This document shows positions 1-9,446 of a stretch of DNA of 64,000 nt, piece after piece. The position numbers and the translations under genes are program-made. The DNA lies in contig CAVOKF010000005.1 in the NCBI GenBank assembly GCA_963696385.1, positions 960,001-1,024,000 on the forward strand, in the 5' to 3' direction. Position 1 is the first letter of the stretch. Every line of letters begins with the position of its first letter. Origin of the DNA: an uncultured delta proteobacterium. Lineage in GTDB: Bacteria; Myxococcota_A; Polyangia; Polyangiales; Polyangiaceae. Under the pieces are notes generated by a model that did not search any database, had not been told where the DNA came from, and saw nothing but the letters and a program-made list of their open reading frames with translations.

Positions 1-1177
1 CATCATGGGCTTCTGGCTCTTCGGTTACGGCTTCGCGATGGGAGGGGTGCCGGGATGGAGCAGTCTGGGGCTCGAAAGCGCGCCGCACCTGGAGATCGGC
101 TGTCACGTCGGGACCCGTTTTTTTGGCTTGATCGGCGGTACCAAGTTCGCTCTCGCGAGCGTGGCCCACGATCCGTCGAATCTCGCGATGTTTCTCTTCT
201 CGGCCGTCTTCATGGACACGGCCGCTACCGTTCCAACCGGCGCTTTGGCCGAACGTTGGAAGTTTTCCGCGTTCGTCGTCTACGGCCTTTTCATGTCGAT
301 GTTTCTGTATCCGCTCTTCGCCAATTGGACGTGGGGAGGGGGCTTTCTCTCGTCTCTCGGGCAAAACTTCGGTCTGGGGCACGGCCACGTCGACTTCGCA
401 GGCTCTTCCGTCGTCCACATGACCGGCGGTGTCACGGCCCTCGCCGGGGCCGTGGTCATTGGACCCCGCATCGGCAAGTTCCGGAAAGACGGGACGGTGG
501 CGATGATGGAGGGGCACAACCTGCCGATGGCGATCATGGGGACGATCGTGCTGGCGTTCGGATGGTTCGGTTTCAATGCCGGCTCGACGCTCGCCGCCAC
601 CGAGTCGCACATTGCCGAGATTGCCGCGAACACCGCGATTTCGTCGGCGTCGGGGGCGCTCACGGCGCTCTTTTATGTCTGGCAGCGGCACAAGCGCCCG
701 GATGTCGCCATGGCGTGCAACGGTATGCTCGGGGGTCTCGTCGCCGTGACGGCCCCGTGTGCGTTCGTCGCTCCGCCCGCCGCGGCTCTCATCGGCGTGG
801 TCGCCGGATTGGTGGTGGCGTGGTCGGTCGGGGCGCTCGAGAGCAAGCTTCGCGTCGACGACCCCGTCGGCGCCATTGCCGTGCACGGCGCGGGCGGGGC
901 TTGGGGCACCCTTTCGGTGGGGCTTTTCGCGGACGGAAGCTTTGGGGAGGGGTGGAACGGCGTCAAGGGACCCGTGCGCGGACTGCTCTTCGGCGACGCA
1001 GGCCAGCTCGCGGCTCAGAGCATCGGGGTGGTCACGAACGCGCTCGTGGTCTTTACAATCGCGTTCGGGTTCTTTTACGGACTCGACCGGCTCATGGGCA
1101 TCCGGGTGGCCGCCGAAGTCGAGTGGGCGGGACTCGACGAGATGGAAATGGGTTCCCAGGCGTACACACGCGACTGA
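1..1177 (+). CDS. amtB: Ammonium transporter (Amt family), 5'-truncated by window edge
   Basis: Multi-TM protein with [30 protein letters not shown] and [11 protein letters not shown] motifs; frame open back to the window start. Confidence 0.95.
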   Translation, partial: IMGFWLFGYGFAMGGVPGWSSLGLESAPHLEIGCHVGTRFFGLIGGTKFALASVAHDPSNLAMFLFSAVFMDTAATVPTGALAERWKFSAFVVYGLFMSMFLYPLFANWTWGGGFLSSLGQNFGLGHGHVDFAGSSVVHMTGGVTALAGAVVIGPRIGKFRKDGTVAMMEGHNLPMAIMGTIVLAFGWFGFNAGSTLAATESHIAEIAANTAISSASGALTALFYVWQRHKRPDVAMACNGMLGGLVAVTAPCAFVAPPAAALIGVVAGLVVAWSVGALESKLRVDDPVGAIAVHGAGGAWGTLSVGLFADGSFGEGWNGVKGPVRGLLFGDAGQLAAQSIGVVTNALVVFTIAFGFFYGLDRLMGIRVAAEVEWAGLDEMEMGSQAYTRD

Positions 1178-1248
1178 AATCCGAGCGACCCCCCGCGCGA
1201 TTGAAACCCGTGCGAAACGAACTGTTTGGTAGCTATCATCCGTCGCGA

Positions 1249-2715
1249 ATGGATCTGTCACGGTACGACGCGAGTCCGTTCTACGACGAAATGTTCGACC
1301 CCGAGCACCGACCGCGAGTCGGCTGCGAATTGCTCGCTCGCACGCTGTCGTCGCTGCCCGACGCCGACTTGGCAAGGCGCCAGCGCGCGGCCGAGCGGTC
1401 CCTGCTGCACGCCGGCATCACGTTCAACGTGTACGGCCACGAAAAGGGTACGGAGAAGATCCTGCCCTTCGACCTCGTGCCGCGCGTGGTGCCCGCGCGC
1501 GAATGGGCGATTATCGAGCGGGGACTTGCGCAGCGAACGCGCGCGCTCAATCTGTTCATCGACGATGTGTACCACTCGCGGCGGATCGTCGCGGACGGCA
1601 TCGTGCCCAGCGAGATCATCGAGAGCGCGACGTCCTACTTGCCCGGCTGTCGCGGGCTCGACCCGCCGCACGGCGTCTGGTGCCACATCACCGGCACCGA
1701 CCTCGTTCGCGACGGCGACGGCCAGTACTACGTCCTCGAAGACAACCTGCGCTGCCCCTCCGGGGTGTCGTACGTGCTGCACAACCGTACGATGATGAAG
1801 CGCACCTTCCCGCGGGTCTTCCAAGAGTCGCGCGTGCGCCCGGTCGACGCGTACCCGAGCGAGTTGCTGCGGGTGCTCCAGAACGTGCGTCCGCGGGGGA
1901 TCGCCACGCCGACCGTCGTGGTCCTCACGCCGGGCCCGTACAATTCCGCCTATTCCGAGCATTCCTTTCTTGCCCAGCAGATGGGAGTCGAGCTGGTCGA
2001 ATCCCGCGACTTGACGATTCGAGATGGGTTCGTCTGGATGCGGACGACGCGTGGAATGGCGCGAGTCGACGTCATCTACCGCCGCTTGGACGACACGTTT
2101 CTCGATCCCACCGTGTTTCGCCGCGACTCGATGCTCGGCATTCCAGGCATCATGGGTGTCGTGCGCGCGGGTCGGGTGACGCTCGCCAACGCTCCCGGAA
2201 CGGGTGTCGCCGACGACAAGGTCGTCTACGCCTACGTCCCCGCTATCATTCGGTACTATCTCGGCGAGAACCCGATCCTGCCGAATGTCCCGACGTACCT
2301 GTGCTTCGACGAGAAGCAACGCGACCACGTCCTGTCCAATTTGCACAAGCTCGTCGTCAAAGCGGCCAACGAATCGGGCGGATACGGAATGCTCATCGGA
2401 CCCCAAGCCTCGTCCGCGGAGCGCGCGGCGTTCGCCGACCACATTCGCGCCAATCCGCGCAATTACATCGCTCAGCCGCTGCTCGCGCTCTCGCGCGTGC
2501 CGACCTTGGTCGGTGATTTTCTCGAAGGTCGTCACGTCGACCTGCGCCCGTACATCCTGCACGGTGGCGACGACATCTTCGTACTGCCGGGCGGGCTCAC
2601 GCGAGTGGCCCTCAAAAAAGGGTCGTACGTCGTGAATTCGTCTCAGGGAGGGGGCAGCAAGGACACCTGGGTCCTAGCCGATGACGTTTCGCACAAGGAC
2701 GGGCAGGCATGCTGA
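1249..2715 (+). CDS. Circularly permuted type 2 ATP-grasp protein (DUF404/DUF407)
   Basis: Motifs [61 protein letters not shown] at 1249 (the upstream part of ORF 55..2715 is an amtB shadow). Confidence 0.92.
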   Translation: MDLSRYDASPFYDEMFDPEHRPRVGCELLARTLSSLPDADLARRQRAAERSLLHAGITFNVYGHEKGTEKILPFDLVPRVVPAREWAIIERGLAQRTRALNLFIDDVYHSRRIVADGIVPSEIIESATSYLPGCRGLDPPHGVWCHITGTDLVRDGDGQYYVLEDNLRCPSGVSYVLHNRTMMKRTFPRVFQESRVRPVDAYPSELLRVLQNVRPRGIATPTVVVLTPGPYNSAYSEHSFLAQQMGVELVESRDLTIRDGFVWMRTTRGMARVDVIYRRLDDTFLDPTVFRRDSMLGIPGIMGVVRAGRVTLANAPGTGVADDKVVYAYVPAIIRYYLGENPILPNVPTYLCFDEKQRDHVLSNLHKLVVKAANESGGYGMLIGPQASSAERAAFADHIRANPRNYIAQPLLALSRVPTLVGDFLEGRHVDLRPYILHGGDDIFVLPGGLTRVALKKGSYVVNSSQGGGSKDTWVLADDVSHKDGQAC

Positions 2716-3701
2716 GTCGCGCCGCCGACGCGCTGTACTGGATGTGCCGCTACGCCGAGCGGGCCGAGAACGTCGCTCGCTTCCTCGACGTGAGCCTGCA
2801 GGTCATGCTCGATCTGCCGGACACCCACGACGACCCGTGGGAAGGTGTCATCGCCGCCACCGGGGAGGCGGCGTTTTTTACCGAGCGGTACGGCGCGGCG
2901 ACGCGCGACGCGATCGTGCGGTTTCTCACGATCGACGCCGAATCGCCGTATTCGATCGTGTCCTGCGTGCGGCAGGCGCGCGACAACGCGAGGTCGATTC
3001 GCGAGGCCATTTCTTCGGAAACCTGGGAGCAGATCAACAAGTGGTATCTGCTCGTGCGGGACGCGGCGACGCTCGACGCCGTCGTCGACGACCCCCATGA
3101 CTTTCTCGCGGCGGTCAAAGAGGCGTCGCACCTGTTCGTCGGCGTGACGTACTTGACGATGACGCACGGCGAGGGATGGCACTTCGGCCGTCTTGGTCGG
3201 CTGCTCGAGCGCGCTGATCAGACAAGCCGAATCGTGGATGCGAAGCAGCAGCTGCTCCTCGCGCGTCCCGCCGACATCGGAGCGAGTCTCGACGAAATTC
3301 ATCTTTCGGCGCTTCTCCGTTCGGTGAGCGCGCTCGAGATGTACCGAAAACGATACGGCCGTTTCGAGCACGTCGACGTCGTCGAGTTCCTCGTGCTCGA
3401 CAAGCTTTTCCCGAGGTCGATTCGACACTGCCTGAGCAAGGCGCAGCACTCGCTCCAAGCGATCACCGGGACGCCGGTCGATGCCAGCGGAACGAAGCCC
3501 GAGCGGCTTCTGGGGCGGCTCAGCGCCGACTACGAGTTTGCGATTGTTTCCGAGATCCTCGAGCAGGGCTTGCACGAGCACCTGGACGGTTTGCAATCGA
3601 AGCTGAACGAGGTGGGGTACGCGATCTACGACACGTTCTTTGCTTCCCGATCGGATCCGCTCGTCGAACTGGCCCGAGCCGAAGCGGCGCAAATCCAGTG
3701 A
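2709..3701 (+). CDS. Alpha-E domain protein (DUF403)
   Basis: [21 protein letters not shown] start and second ER motif [12 protein letters not shown]; overlaps the ATP-grasp stop. Confidence 0.92.
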   Translation: MLSRAADALYWMCRYAERAENVARFLDVSLQVMLDLPDTHDDPWEGVIAATGEAAFFTERYGAATRDAIVRFLTIDAESPYSIVSCVRQARDNARSIREAISSETWEQINKWYLLVRDAATLDAVVDDPHDFLAAVKEASHLFVGVTYLTMTHGEGWHFGRLGRLLERADQTSRIVDAKQQLLLARPADIGASLDEIHLSALLRSVSALEMYRKRYGRFEHVDVVEFLVLDKLFPRSIRHCLSKAQHSLQAITGTPVDASGTKPERLLGRLSADYEFAIVSEILEQGLHEHLDGLQSKLNEVGYAIYDTFFASRSDPLVELARAEAAQIQ

Positions 3702-3746
3702 GCGGCGGGGGGGGCCGGCCCGCGCGATCGATGCCGCTTCGGAGGC

Positions 3747-5498
3747 TCATTGCATCCGATCGACTCGAACCTCGACGTCGAGCGTTTCGCCCCCTCCGCC
3801 CACGTAGATCGTGCCGGAAGTGGGCGTCGCGTCGAGATAATTGCGCCCCACGGCCAGCCGCACGTGATGGGTGCTCGTCACGGTGCCGTTCGTGGGATCG
3901 AGGCCGCGCCAGCCGACCTCCGGCAGGTAGACCTGCACCCACGCATGAGACGCCTCGGCTTGCCGCTGATTCGTGTCCGTTGGCTTCGTGAGAATGTACC
4001 CGCAGACGTAACGGGCCGGGACGCCCATGAGGCGCGCAAGGCAAATGTAGAGGTTCGTGAAGTCTTGGCAGACCCCACGGCGCCGGGTGTACACGTCGAA
4101 CGCCGTCGTCCCGAGGGTCGTTGCGCCCTGGACATAGGTGTACTCGCGGTGGATGGCGTCGTTCAGATCGAGCAAGGTATCGAGCAGGTCGCCCTGGTTA
4201 CGACTGACGAAGCGCATCGCGTAGTCCAGTAGCTCCATGAGTTCGCTCTCCGGAAGCTCGGGCGGCTGCAGGAAGGGCTGCAGCATGTGCCTTTGCCACG
4301 GCATCCAGACGAGCGGAATCGCCGATCGCACGTGCCGGAGGTCGAAGGCGAGCGGATCGCTGTCGAGGGTCTCCACCGAGGAGCGCGCGATGATCGTGAG
4401 TTCGCGGTACGGGGTTTCGATCACCACACGGCGCGCTCGATTTCCGAAGACGTCGTCGAAGTCATGGGCACGGCCTTCGACGGATACGGACACGTCGCAC
4501 TCCATCAATCGCTGAAGGCGATCCTGCATCGGAAAGAGCCGAAGCAGGTGGGTGCTCCGCTCGACCGGAAGCGCATACCGGTAGCGCGTCTGATGCGTGG
4601 TCGACAGCCGCGTTCGGGGCTTGCGGGCGCCCTCGCGACGCTCCGGCCGGGTTGGTGGGAGGCTGACGGCGGGCGCGGGAGCCGTGCCTGGGGTCTCGTC
4701 GGCAAGCAGGTCGCCGACCACCGCCCCCTGTCGCAACGAAACGAGCTCGCCGGGAGCGAGGCGCCGCCAGGACAAGGGCGCGCCGGAGCCTTCGTTGTTC
4801 AAGGGCGACGACGAGATCACACACCCTTTTCGAGGCTTGCTCCCCCGCCGGGTGAGGTCGATACGCACGTCGGCGTCGCCGAACGCGACGCCCACGTACG
4901 GCGGTCGGAGCTCCGCGAGAAGCAGCCGCCGCGGGCTGTAGCGATCCGCGTACGCAATGAGATCGCTGCCGTCGCACAGGACCAGGTCGAGGCCCCCGCG
5001 TGTGTTCAGATCGAGCAGCCATCGATGCAAGATGCGCGGATCGGCTTCGGCGAGCGAGCGCCAGCCGCGCGCCGCGATGCGGGTGAGCAGGCCGCAAAAC
5101 ACGATCTCCGTATCGGTCGCGCCGACCGGCTCGAAGGCCGGCTCGAACTTCTCGTCGAGGCTCGACGTCAAGCTGCCGGCGTGACCGATCATCCACTCGC
5201 GGCCCGCCCAACAGCGGACGAACGGCTGCGTGTTCGCGTCCGTGTTGGGGCCCCACATGGCCGTTCGCACGTGAAGCACGAAGAGCGACGACTCGAGGTG
5301 CTCCCAGGCCTTCACGAGCTCGCCTCGGATGCTGCCGCGAGGCGGCGCGGGCTCCTTGAGTACGGACGCCGAGGGTTCACCCGCGGGGTAGTAACCGAGG
5401 CCCCAACCGTCGGGTAACGACTGTCCCGGCTGAAGACAACGTAGGTCGAACGATGGGGCGAGTTCCCCCTCGAACGACATTGCAAGCAGGTTCGGCAT
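3747..5498 (-). CDS. Fusion of a class II glutamine amidotransferase-like (YafJ/EgtC-type Ntn) domain and a bacterial transglutaminase domain
   Basis: N-half has PDGWGLGYY, HVRTA, NTQPF, PVGATDTE; C-half has HQTRYRY N-domain, GVCQDF (Cys), SHAWVQVY (His), DPTN (Asp); residue 2 is Pro, not Cys. Confidence 0.85.
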   Translation of the reverse strand: MPNLLAMSFEGELAPSFDLRCLQPGQSLPDGWGLGYYPAGEPSASVLKEPAPPRGSIRGELVKAWEHLESSLFVLHVRTAMWGPNTDANTQPFVRCWAGREWMIGHAGSLTSSLDEKFEPAFEPVGATDTEIVFCGLLTRIAARGWRSLAEADPRILHRWLLDLNTRGGLDLVLCDGSDLIAYADRYSPRRLLLAELRPPYVGVAFGDADVRIDLTRRGSKPRKGCVISSSPLNNEGSGAPLSWRRLAPGELVSLRQGAVVGDLLADETPGTAPAPAVSLPPTRPERREGARKPRTRLSTTHQTRYRYALPVERSTHLLRLFPMQDRLQRLMECDVSVSVEGRAHDFDDVFGNRARRVVIETPYRELTIIARSSVETLDSDPLAFDLRHVRSAIPLVWMPWQRHMLQPFLQPPELPESELMELLDYAMRFVSRNQGDLLDTLLDLNDAIHREYTYVQGATTLGTTAFDVYTRRRGVCQDFTNLYICLARLMGVPARYVCGYILTKPTDTNQRQAEASHAWVQVYLPEVGWRGLDPTNGTVTSTHHVRLAVGRNYLDATPTSGTIYVGGGGETLDVEVRVDRMQ

Positions 5499-5615
5499 TG
5501 AGTCGTAACGTGGCCGGGTCGATCGCTCGCGTCAACGCCCATCCGCGCATCCGGCTTGGCCGTATTCGCGCGCTCGTGATACGTGCTATCTGTTTGATTT
5601 GCGCGGAGGCTTGCG

Positions 5616-6713
5616 ATGGACCCGCACGAACTGAGCAAAGAGCTCCAGACATACGCCCGAATCGATGGCGACACAGACCCAACGCGTCGAGCGTTCTTGG
5701 GCGGTGCCGCAGCCGTGAGCGCTGCGGCGGTTCTGCTCGGGGCTTCGACTGCGACGGCGCGGACGCCCGCGGGGCTTCCGGCCCAGCCGCCTGCGGGCTT
5801 CGTTCCCTTGTCCGCTCCTGGGCAAGTGGTGCGAGTCAAAAAATCCGGCTGCCTCGAAGCGAACCACATCTTTCCGAAAGTCGATGACGCGAAAGAGATG
5901 CTCCAGCGGGCACTCGCGGAGCTGACGGGCCGGGCTGAACTTGCAGACGCCGTGAAGGCGTTCGTGCACCCGCAAGACAAGGTGTGCGTGAAGGTCAACG
6001 GAATCGCGCTTCAGAATATGGCGACGAACAAGGAGCTCGTGCTGCCCTTCATCGAGGCCATGGTCGCGTCGGGTGTGCCCGCGACCAACATCACCGTACT
6101 CGAGCAATACCCGGGCTTCATGGCCGGGACGCGCATCACGGCCAGGAACGTTCCGGCCGGCGTCACCGTCGCCTGGCATGCGAACAACGACGCGACGATG
6201 GACTGGCGCGACATTCCCGGAACGCAGCGGCACACGAAATTCGTGCGCGCCCTGACGGAGTCGACCGCGCTCATCAACTTCGCGCTGGTCAAAGATCACT
6301 CGATATGCGGCTACACCGGGGCGCTCAAGAACATGACGCACGGCTGCAGCGTCAACCCACAGGATTTCCACGATCATCACGCCAGCCCCCAGATTGCGAT
6401 CTTGGCGGCCCAGGACGTGTTGCGAACGCGTCTGCGTCTCTGCGTGATCGACGGCTTCAAGCTGATGGCGCACGGCGGTCCGCTCTACAAGCACCCCGAA
6501 TACGTAACGGCTCACGAGTCGGTCTACGCCTCTACGGATCCCGTTAGTTTGGACTCGATCGGATGGGCAGAAGTGGAGGACGCTCGGGCCAAATTCGGCC
6601 TGAAGTCTCTCACGGACGAAGGCCGGCCGCCGGCATACATCCAGGCAGCCGCCGATCTCGGCGTCGGAATCGCCGATCGGGCGAAAATCACGCTCCGAGA
6701 AGTGACGCTCTGA
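5616..6713 (+). CDS. DUF362 domain protein with Tat signal
   Basis: TRRAFLGG twin-Arg; VCVKVN, KDHSICGYTGALKN and DPVSLD motifs typical of DUF362. Confidence 0.8.
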   Translation: MDPHELSKELQTYARIDGDTDPTRRAFLGGAAAVSAAAVLLGASTATARTPAGLPAQPPAGFVPLSAPGQVVRVKKSGCLEANHIFPKVDDAKEMLQRALAELTGRAELADAVKAFVHPQDKVCVKVNGIALQNMATNKELVLPFIEAMVASGVPATNITVLEQYPGFMAGTRITARNVPAGVTVAWHANNDATMDWRDIPGTQRHTKFVRALTESTALINFALVKDHSICGYTGALKNMTHGCSVNPQDFHDHHASPQIAILAAQDVLRTRLRLCVIDGFKLMAHGGPLYKHPEYVTAHESVYASTDPVSLDSIGWAEVEDARAKFGLKSLTDEGRPPAYIQAAADLGVGIADRAKITLREVTL

Positions 6714-6769
6714 CGGGCGGAATAGTCCATAGTTTCGCGCTCCGGAGCGAGCTCCTGTAGGATCGCTCG

Positions 6770-7657
6770 GTGGCGTCCGACTCCGAGCGAACTCGCGTCA
6801 CCCGACTGAAGGAGGTCGCTGGTTCGACGAGTGGGCCTTCCGGCGCCGCCTGCGTCGTGGTCATTTACGGTCCGGAGCTCGGCAAGCGCGTGCAGCTCGG
6901 GACCGCGCCGTTCGGCATCGGGCGATCGGCGCGAAACGATTTGGCGATCGATCAAGAGAGCGTCAGTCGCCACCACGCCCGCATCACGTTCGATGGGGCG
7001 GACTACTGGCTGCACGATCTGAATTCGACCAACGGCACGTACGTGAACGACGGCTTGGTGCGGGAACAACGTCTCACCGACGGAGACCAAATTCACATCG
7101 GACGGTCGATTCTCAAGTTCATGACCGGCGAGAACGTTGAAGCTCAGTACCACGAGGAGATTTACCGTCTCATGACCGTGGATGGCCTCACGCAGGCGTT
7201 CAACCGGCGCTATTTCAACGAAGTCTTCGAACGCGAGTTCAACCGATCGGGGCGCTATCAGCGCGCGCTCTCGCTGATTCTCTTCGATATCGATTTTTTC
7301 AAGCGGGTCAACGACACGTTCGGCCATCTGGCGGGCGACAGCGTGCTTCGTCAGATCGCGGCAGCCGTGAAGCCCCGCCTACGCCGCGAAGACGTATTCG
7401 CCCGCGCCGGCGGCGAGGAGTTCGCCATTTTGCTGCCGGAGATTGCGCTCGAGGGCGCGCGCATCACGGCCGACAAGGTGAGGCGCATCGTCGAGGCGTC
7501 GCGTTTCAAGCACGAGCAACAGGTGATCGCCTGCACGATCAGTTTGGGCGTGGCGTCCTTTCAGCCTGCCATGGCCGACGCCACGACTCTTTACAAGGCC
7601 GCGGACGATTGGCTGTACCAGGCCAAGCAACGCGGCCGTAACCGAGTCGAGGGCTAG
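6770..7657 (+). CDS. FHA-domain diguanylate cyclase (FHA-GGDEF)
   Basis: IGR..SRHHA..DLNSTNGT FHA motifs; DGLT, DIDFFKRVNDTFGH, GGEEF, AKQRGRNR. Confidence 0.93.
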   Translation: MASDSERTRVTRLKEVAGSTSGPSGAACVVVIYGPELGKRVQLGTAPFGIGRSARNDLAIDQESVSRHHARITFDGADYWLHDLNSTNGTYVNDGLVREQRLTDGDQIHIGRSILKFMTGENVEAQYHEEIYRLMTVDGLTQAFNRRYFNEVFEREFNRSGRYQRALSLILFDIDFFKRVNDTFGHLAGDSVLRQIAAAVKPRLRREDVFARAGGEEFAILLPEIALEGARITADKVRRIVEASRFKHEQQVIACTISLGVASFQPAMADATTLYKAADDWLYQAKQRGRNRVEG

Positions 7658-7725
7658 GCGAAAAGCTAGGTCGGCGGGAAGCTCGACCCCGCTGAGCGCT
7701 TCGCACTGGCCCATCGTCTCGTCTC

Positions 7726-7852
7726 CTGCTGGGGTGCTCGAGGGGAGCGGCATTCGCTCCCCTCGACGTGTCGTGGAGTCTGTACGGCGAGAGCGGAGCC
7801 GAGAGAGCGAAGCGAGGCGGAGCGAAGCGCTCAGGGGTGATCGGGGTTTCGC
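7726..7852 (-). repeat. Interspersed palindromic REP-like element, copy 1 (reverse orientation)
   Basis: Reverse complement of the unit at 31242 and 41502; core palindrome tcgaggggagcg..cgctcccctcga; lies between convergent genes. Confidence 0.85.
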
Positions 7853-7875
7853 CAAGCGATTTGCCGTCCTCCAGT

Positions 7876-9021
7876 CTAAGGGCACGCGATCGGCACGGGG
7901 GCGCCGGCCGCGATCCACGAGCTGACGATTTCGAGCTCGGGCACGGTGAGCGCCTGCGGGTTCGGCGCGGTGGACGTCGGGTCGGCGGGGTAGGGCATCT
8001 CCCGCCCTGGAATGAGCGCGGCGAGACGCGTACGTTCGGCAGTGGATAGCGCGATCGGGCAAAGATCCCCGTCGGCATCGCAGGCGACCGAGTACACGCG
8101 GGCCTGATTCGGGGCAGCCGCGTCGGCATCCACGGGGGCGCCGGCGTCACACGGCGAGGACGACGCACTCGACGAGCACGGTAGCGATGGCGCCGCCATC
8201 AGAAGCTTGTACATGAGCCAGCTGTGCGCTGGATTGCCGGAGGTCGGCTCAGCGACTCCGCCGCCGAGCTCGGGCGCCGCGCCGTCGACCCCGGAATCCA
8301 CGAACAGCAGTTCGGGTTGGGGCCCGGGATCGATGATCGGCACGTCTTGTGTGAAAGCGAGCGTCGGCGCCTCTGCGACGCCGGCCAAAGGGCCCGTGTT
8401 GGACTCTTCCGCCACACGCCCGATTGCCGTAGCCATAACGCCTTGCGGATCGGTCAATTCCAAACCCATGGCGGGCAGCGCGGGCGCTGCGCCGTGACAC
8501 CCGGCGCCGCCGCACTTGCTCGCGAAGATAGGCAGGACCAGGCCGCAGAAGTCGGGCGGCGATGTCAGCGGCCCCTCGGCGGTCCCCGCGTCGGGCTCGA
8601 TGAGAAATGTCAGCGAGGAGGGTGAGGACTGTGAAAGCGTCGCTCCGTCGATGGTACGCAAACCGAAGGTGTCCGTCGGTCCGCTGGGCGACACGATCGT
8701 CAGCTGGTAGGCCTGCCCAGGAACAAAGGCTTCGTCCGGCAGCGGCGTGATCGTCACGACCCGCGCCACCGGGTCGTACGTGATGGTCGGCACCAGCGCT
8801 GCCGCGCTGTTGCCCACGAGTTCTGCCAGAACAAACGTCTGACGGGCGATGCTGAGAGGCAGGAGCAAGCGATCGAACGACAGCTCGATCGAGTCGCTCG
8901 GAGCGAGAAATCCACCGCGCACGTTCGAGTCCACAAGGTGCACGGCAGGCCCCACCGGGACCGATTCGTTGCTCGCCTTGCCTTGATCGCAGGCGGCCGG
9001 AAATAGGGCTAGACCGATCAG
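7876..9021 (-). CDS. Ig-like (Big_5-type) putative lipoprotein with an atypical CX4CH heme-c-like C-terminal domain
   Basis: IELSFDRLLLP..YDPVARVVTITP Ig-like region; CGGAGCH; C-terminal SWIAAGA; FPAAC lipobox-like. Start uncertain (CTG overlapping the upstream TGA assumed). Confidence 0.6.
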   Translation of the reverse strand: MIGLALFPAACDQGKASNESVPVGPAVHLVDSNVRGGFLAPSDSIELSFDRLLLPLSIARQTFVLAELVGNSAAALVPTITYDPVARVVTITPLPDEAFVPGQAYQLTIVSPSGPTDTFGLRTIDGATLSQSSPSSLTFLIEPDAGTAEGPLTSPPDFCGLVLPIFASKCGGAGCHGAAPALPAMGLELTDPQGVMATAIGRVAEESNTGPLAGVAEAPTLAFTQDVPIIDPGPQPELLFVDSGVDGAAPELGGGVAEPTSGNPAHSWLMYKLLMAAPSLPCSSSASSSPCDAGAPVDADAAAPNQARVYSVACDADGDLCPIALSTAERTRLAALIPGREMPYPADPTSTAPNPQALTVPELEIVSSWIAAGAPVPIACP

Positions 9022-9275
9022 CTCTCCGAGTAGAGCTGCAGCTGCTCGCGCACGACTTCTTCGCTGACGCCGGTTCTTAGATGGTCCTTCAGGACGTCGG
9101 CGAGAGTGAGCAAGAGTTCGTCCACCCCCTTGTCTTCGATGAGCTTCTGCAGCAGCTGCCGCGCTTCGCGACTCTCGTCGTTGCGCAAGAACTGACGGAC
9201 GGTCTCGAGAGAGATCTCGCCCTGAAAATCCAGGTACATATTCTCTAAGAGGTAGCGAACGAGTTCTTTCACCAT
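9018..9275 (-). CDS. Small helical hypothetical protein (85 aa)
   Basis: GAGGAGG RBS before ATG; protein-like composition MVKELVRYLLENMYLDFQGEISLE. Confidence 0.75.
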   Translation of the reverse strand: MVKELVRYLLENMYLDFQGEISLETVRQFLRNDESREARQLLQKLIEDKGVDELLLTLADVLKDHLRTGVSEEVVREQLQLYSES

Positions 9276-9446
9276 CGTCCTCCTCGGCCGCAGGCATGGG
9301 GGGGGGTGTGCAAGGGATAGACTCATATCCCTCGCGGTACGGCGGGTGCAAGGCCGTTTTCGTCTTGTCGCAGTCTTTCCGCAATCCGTCGTCCCCCAAA
9401 ACGGGATGCGTCACCTTTTCTTCGCAGCCCGCAATCGACGAATGGC

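Noticed and set aside
55..1248. N-terminal 398 aa of the 886-aa ORF as an extension of the ATP-grasp protein
   Set aside because: Arg-rich off-frame shadow of amtB; family similarity starts at ATG 1249
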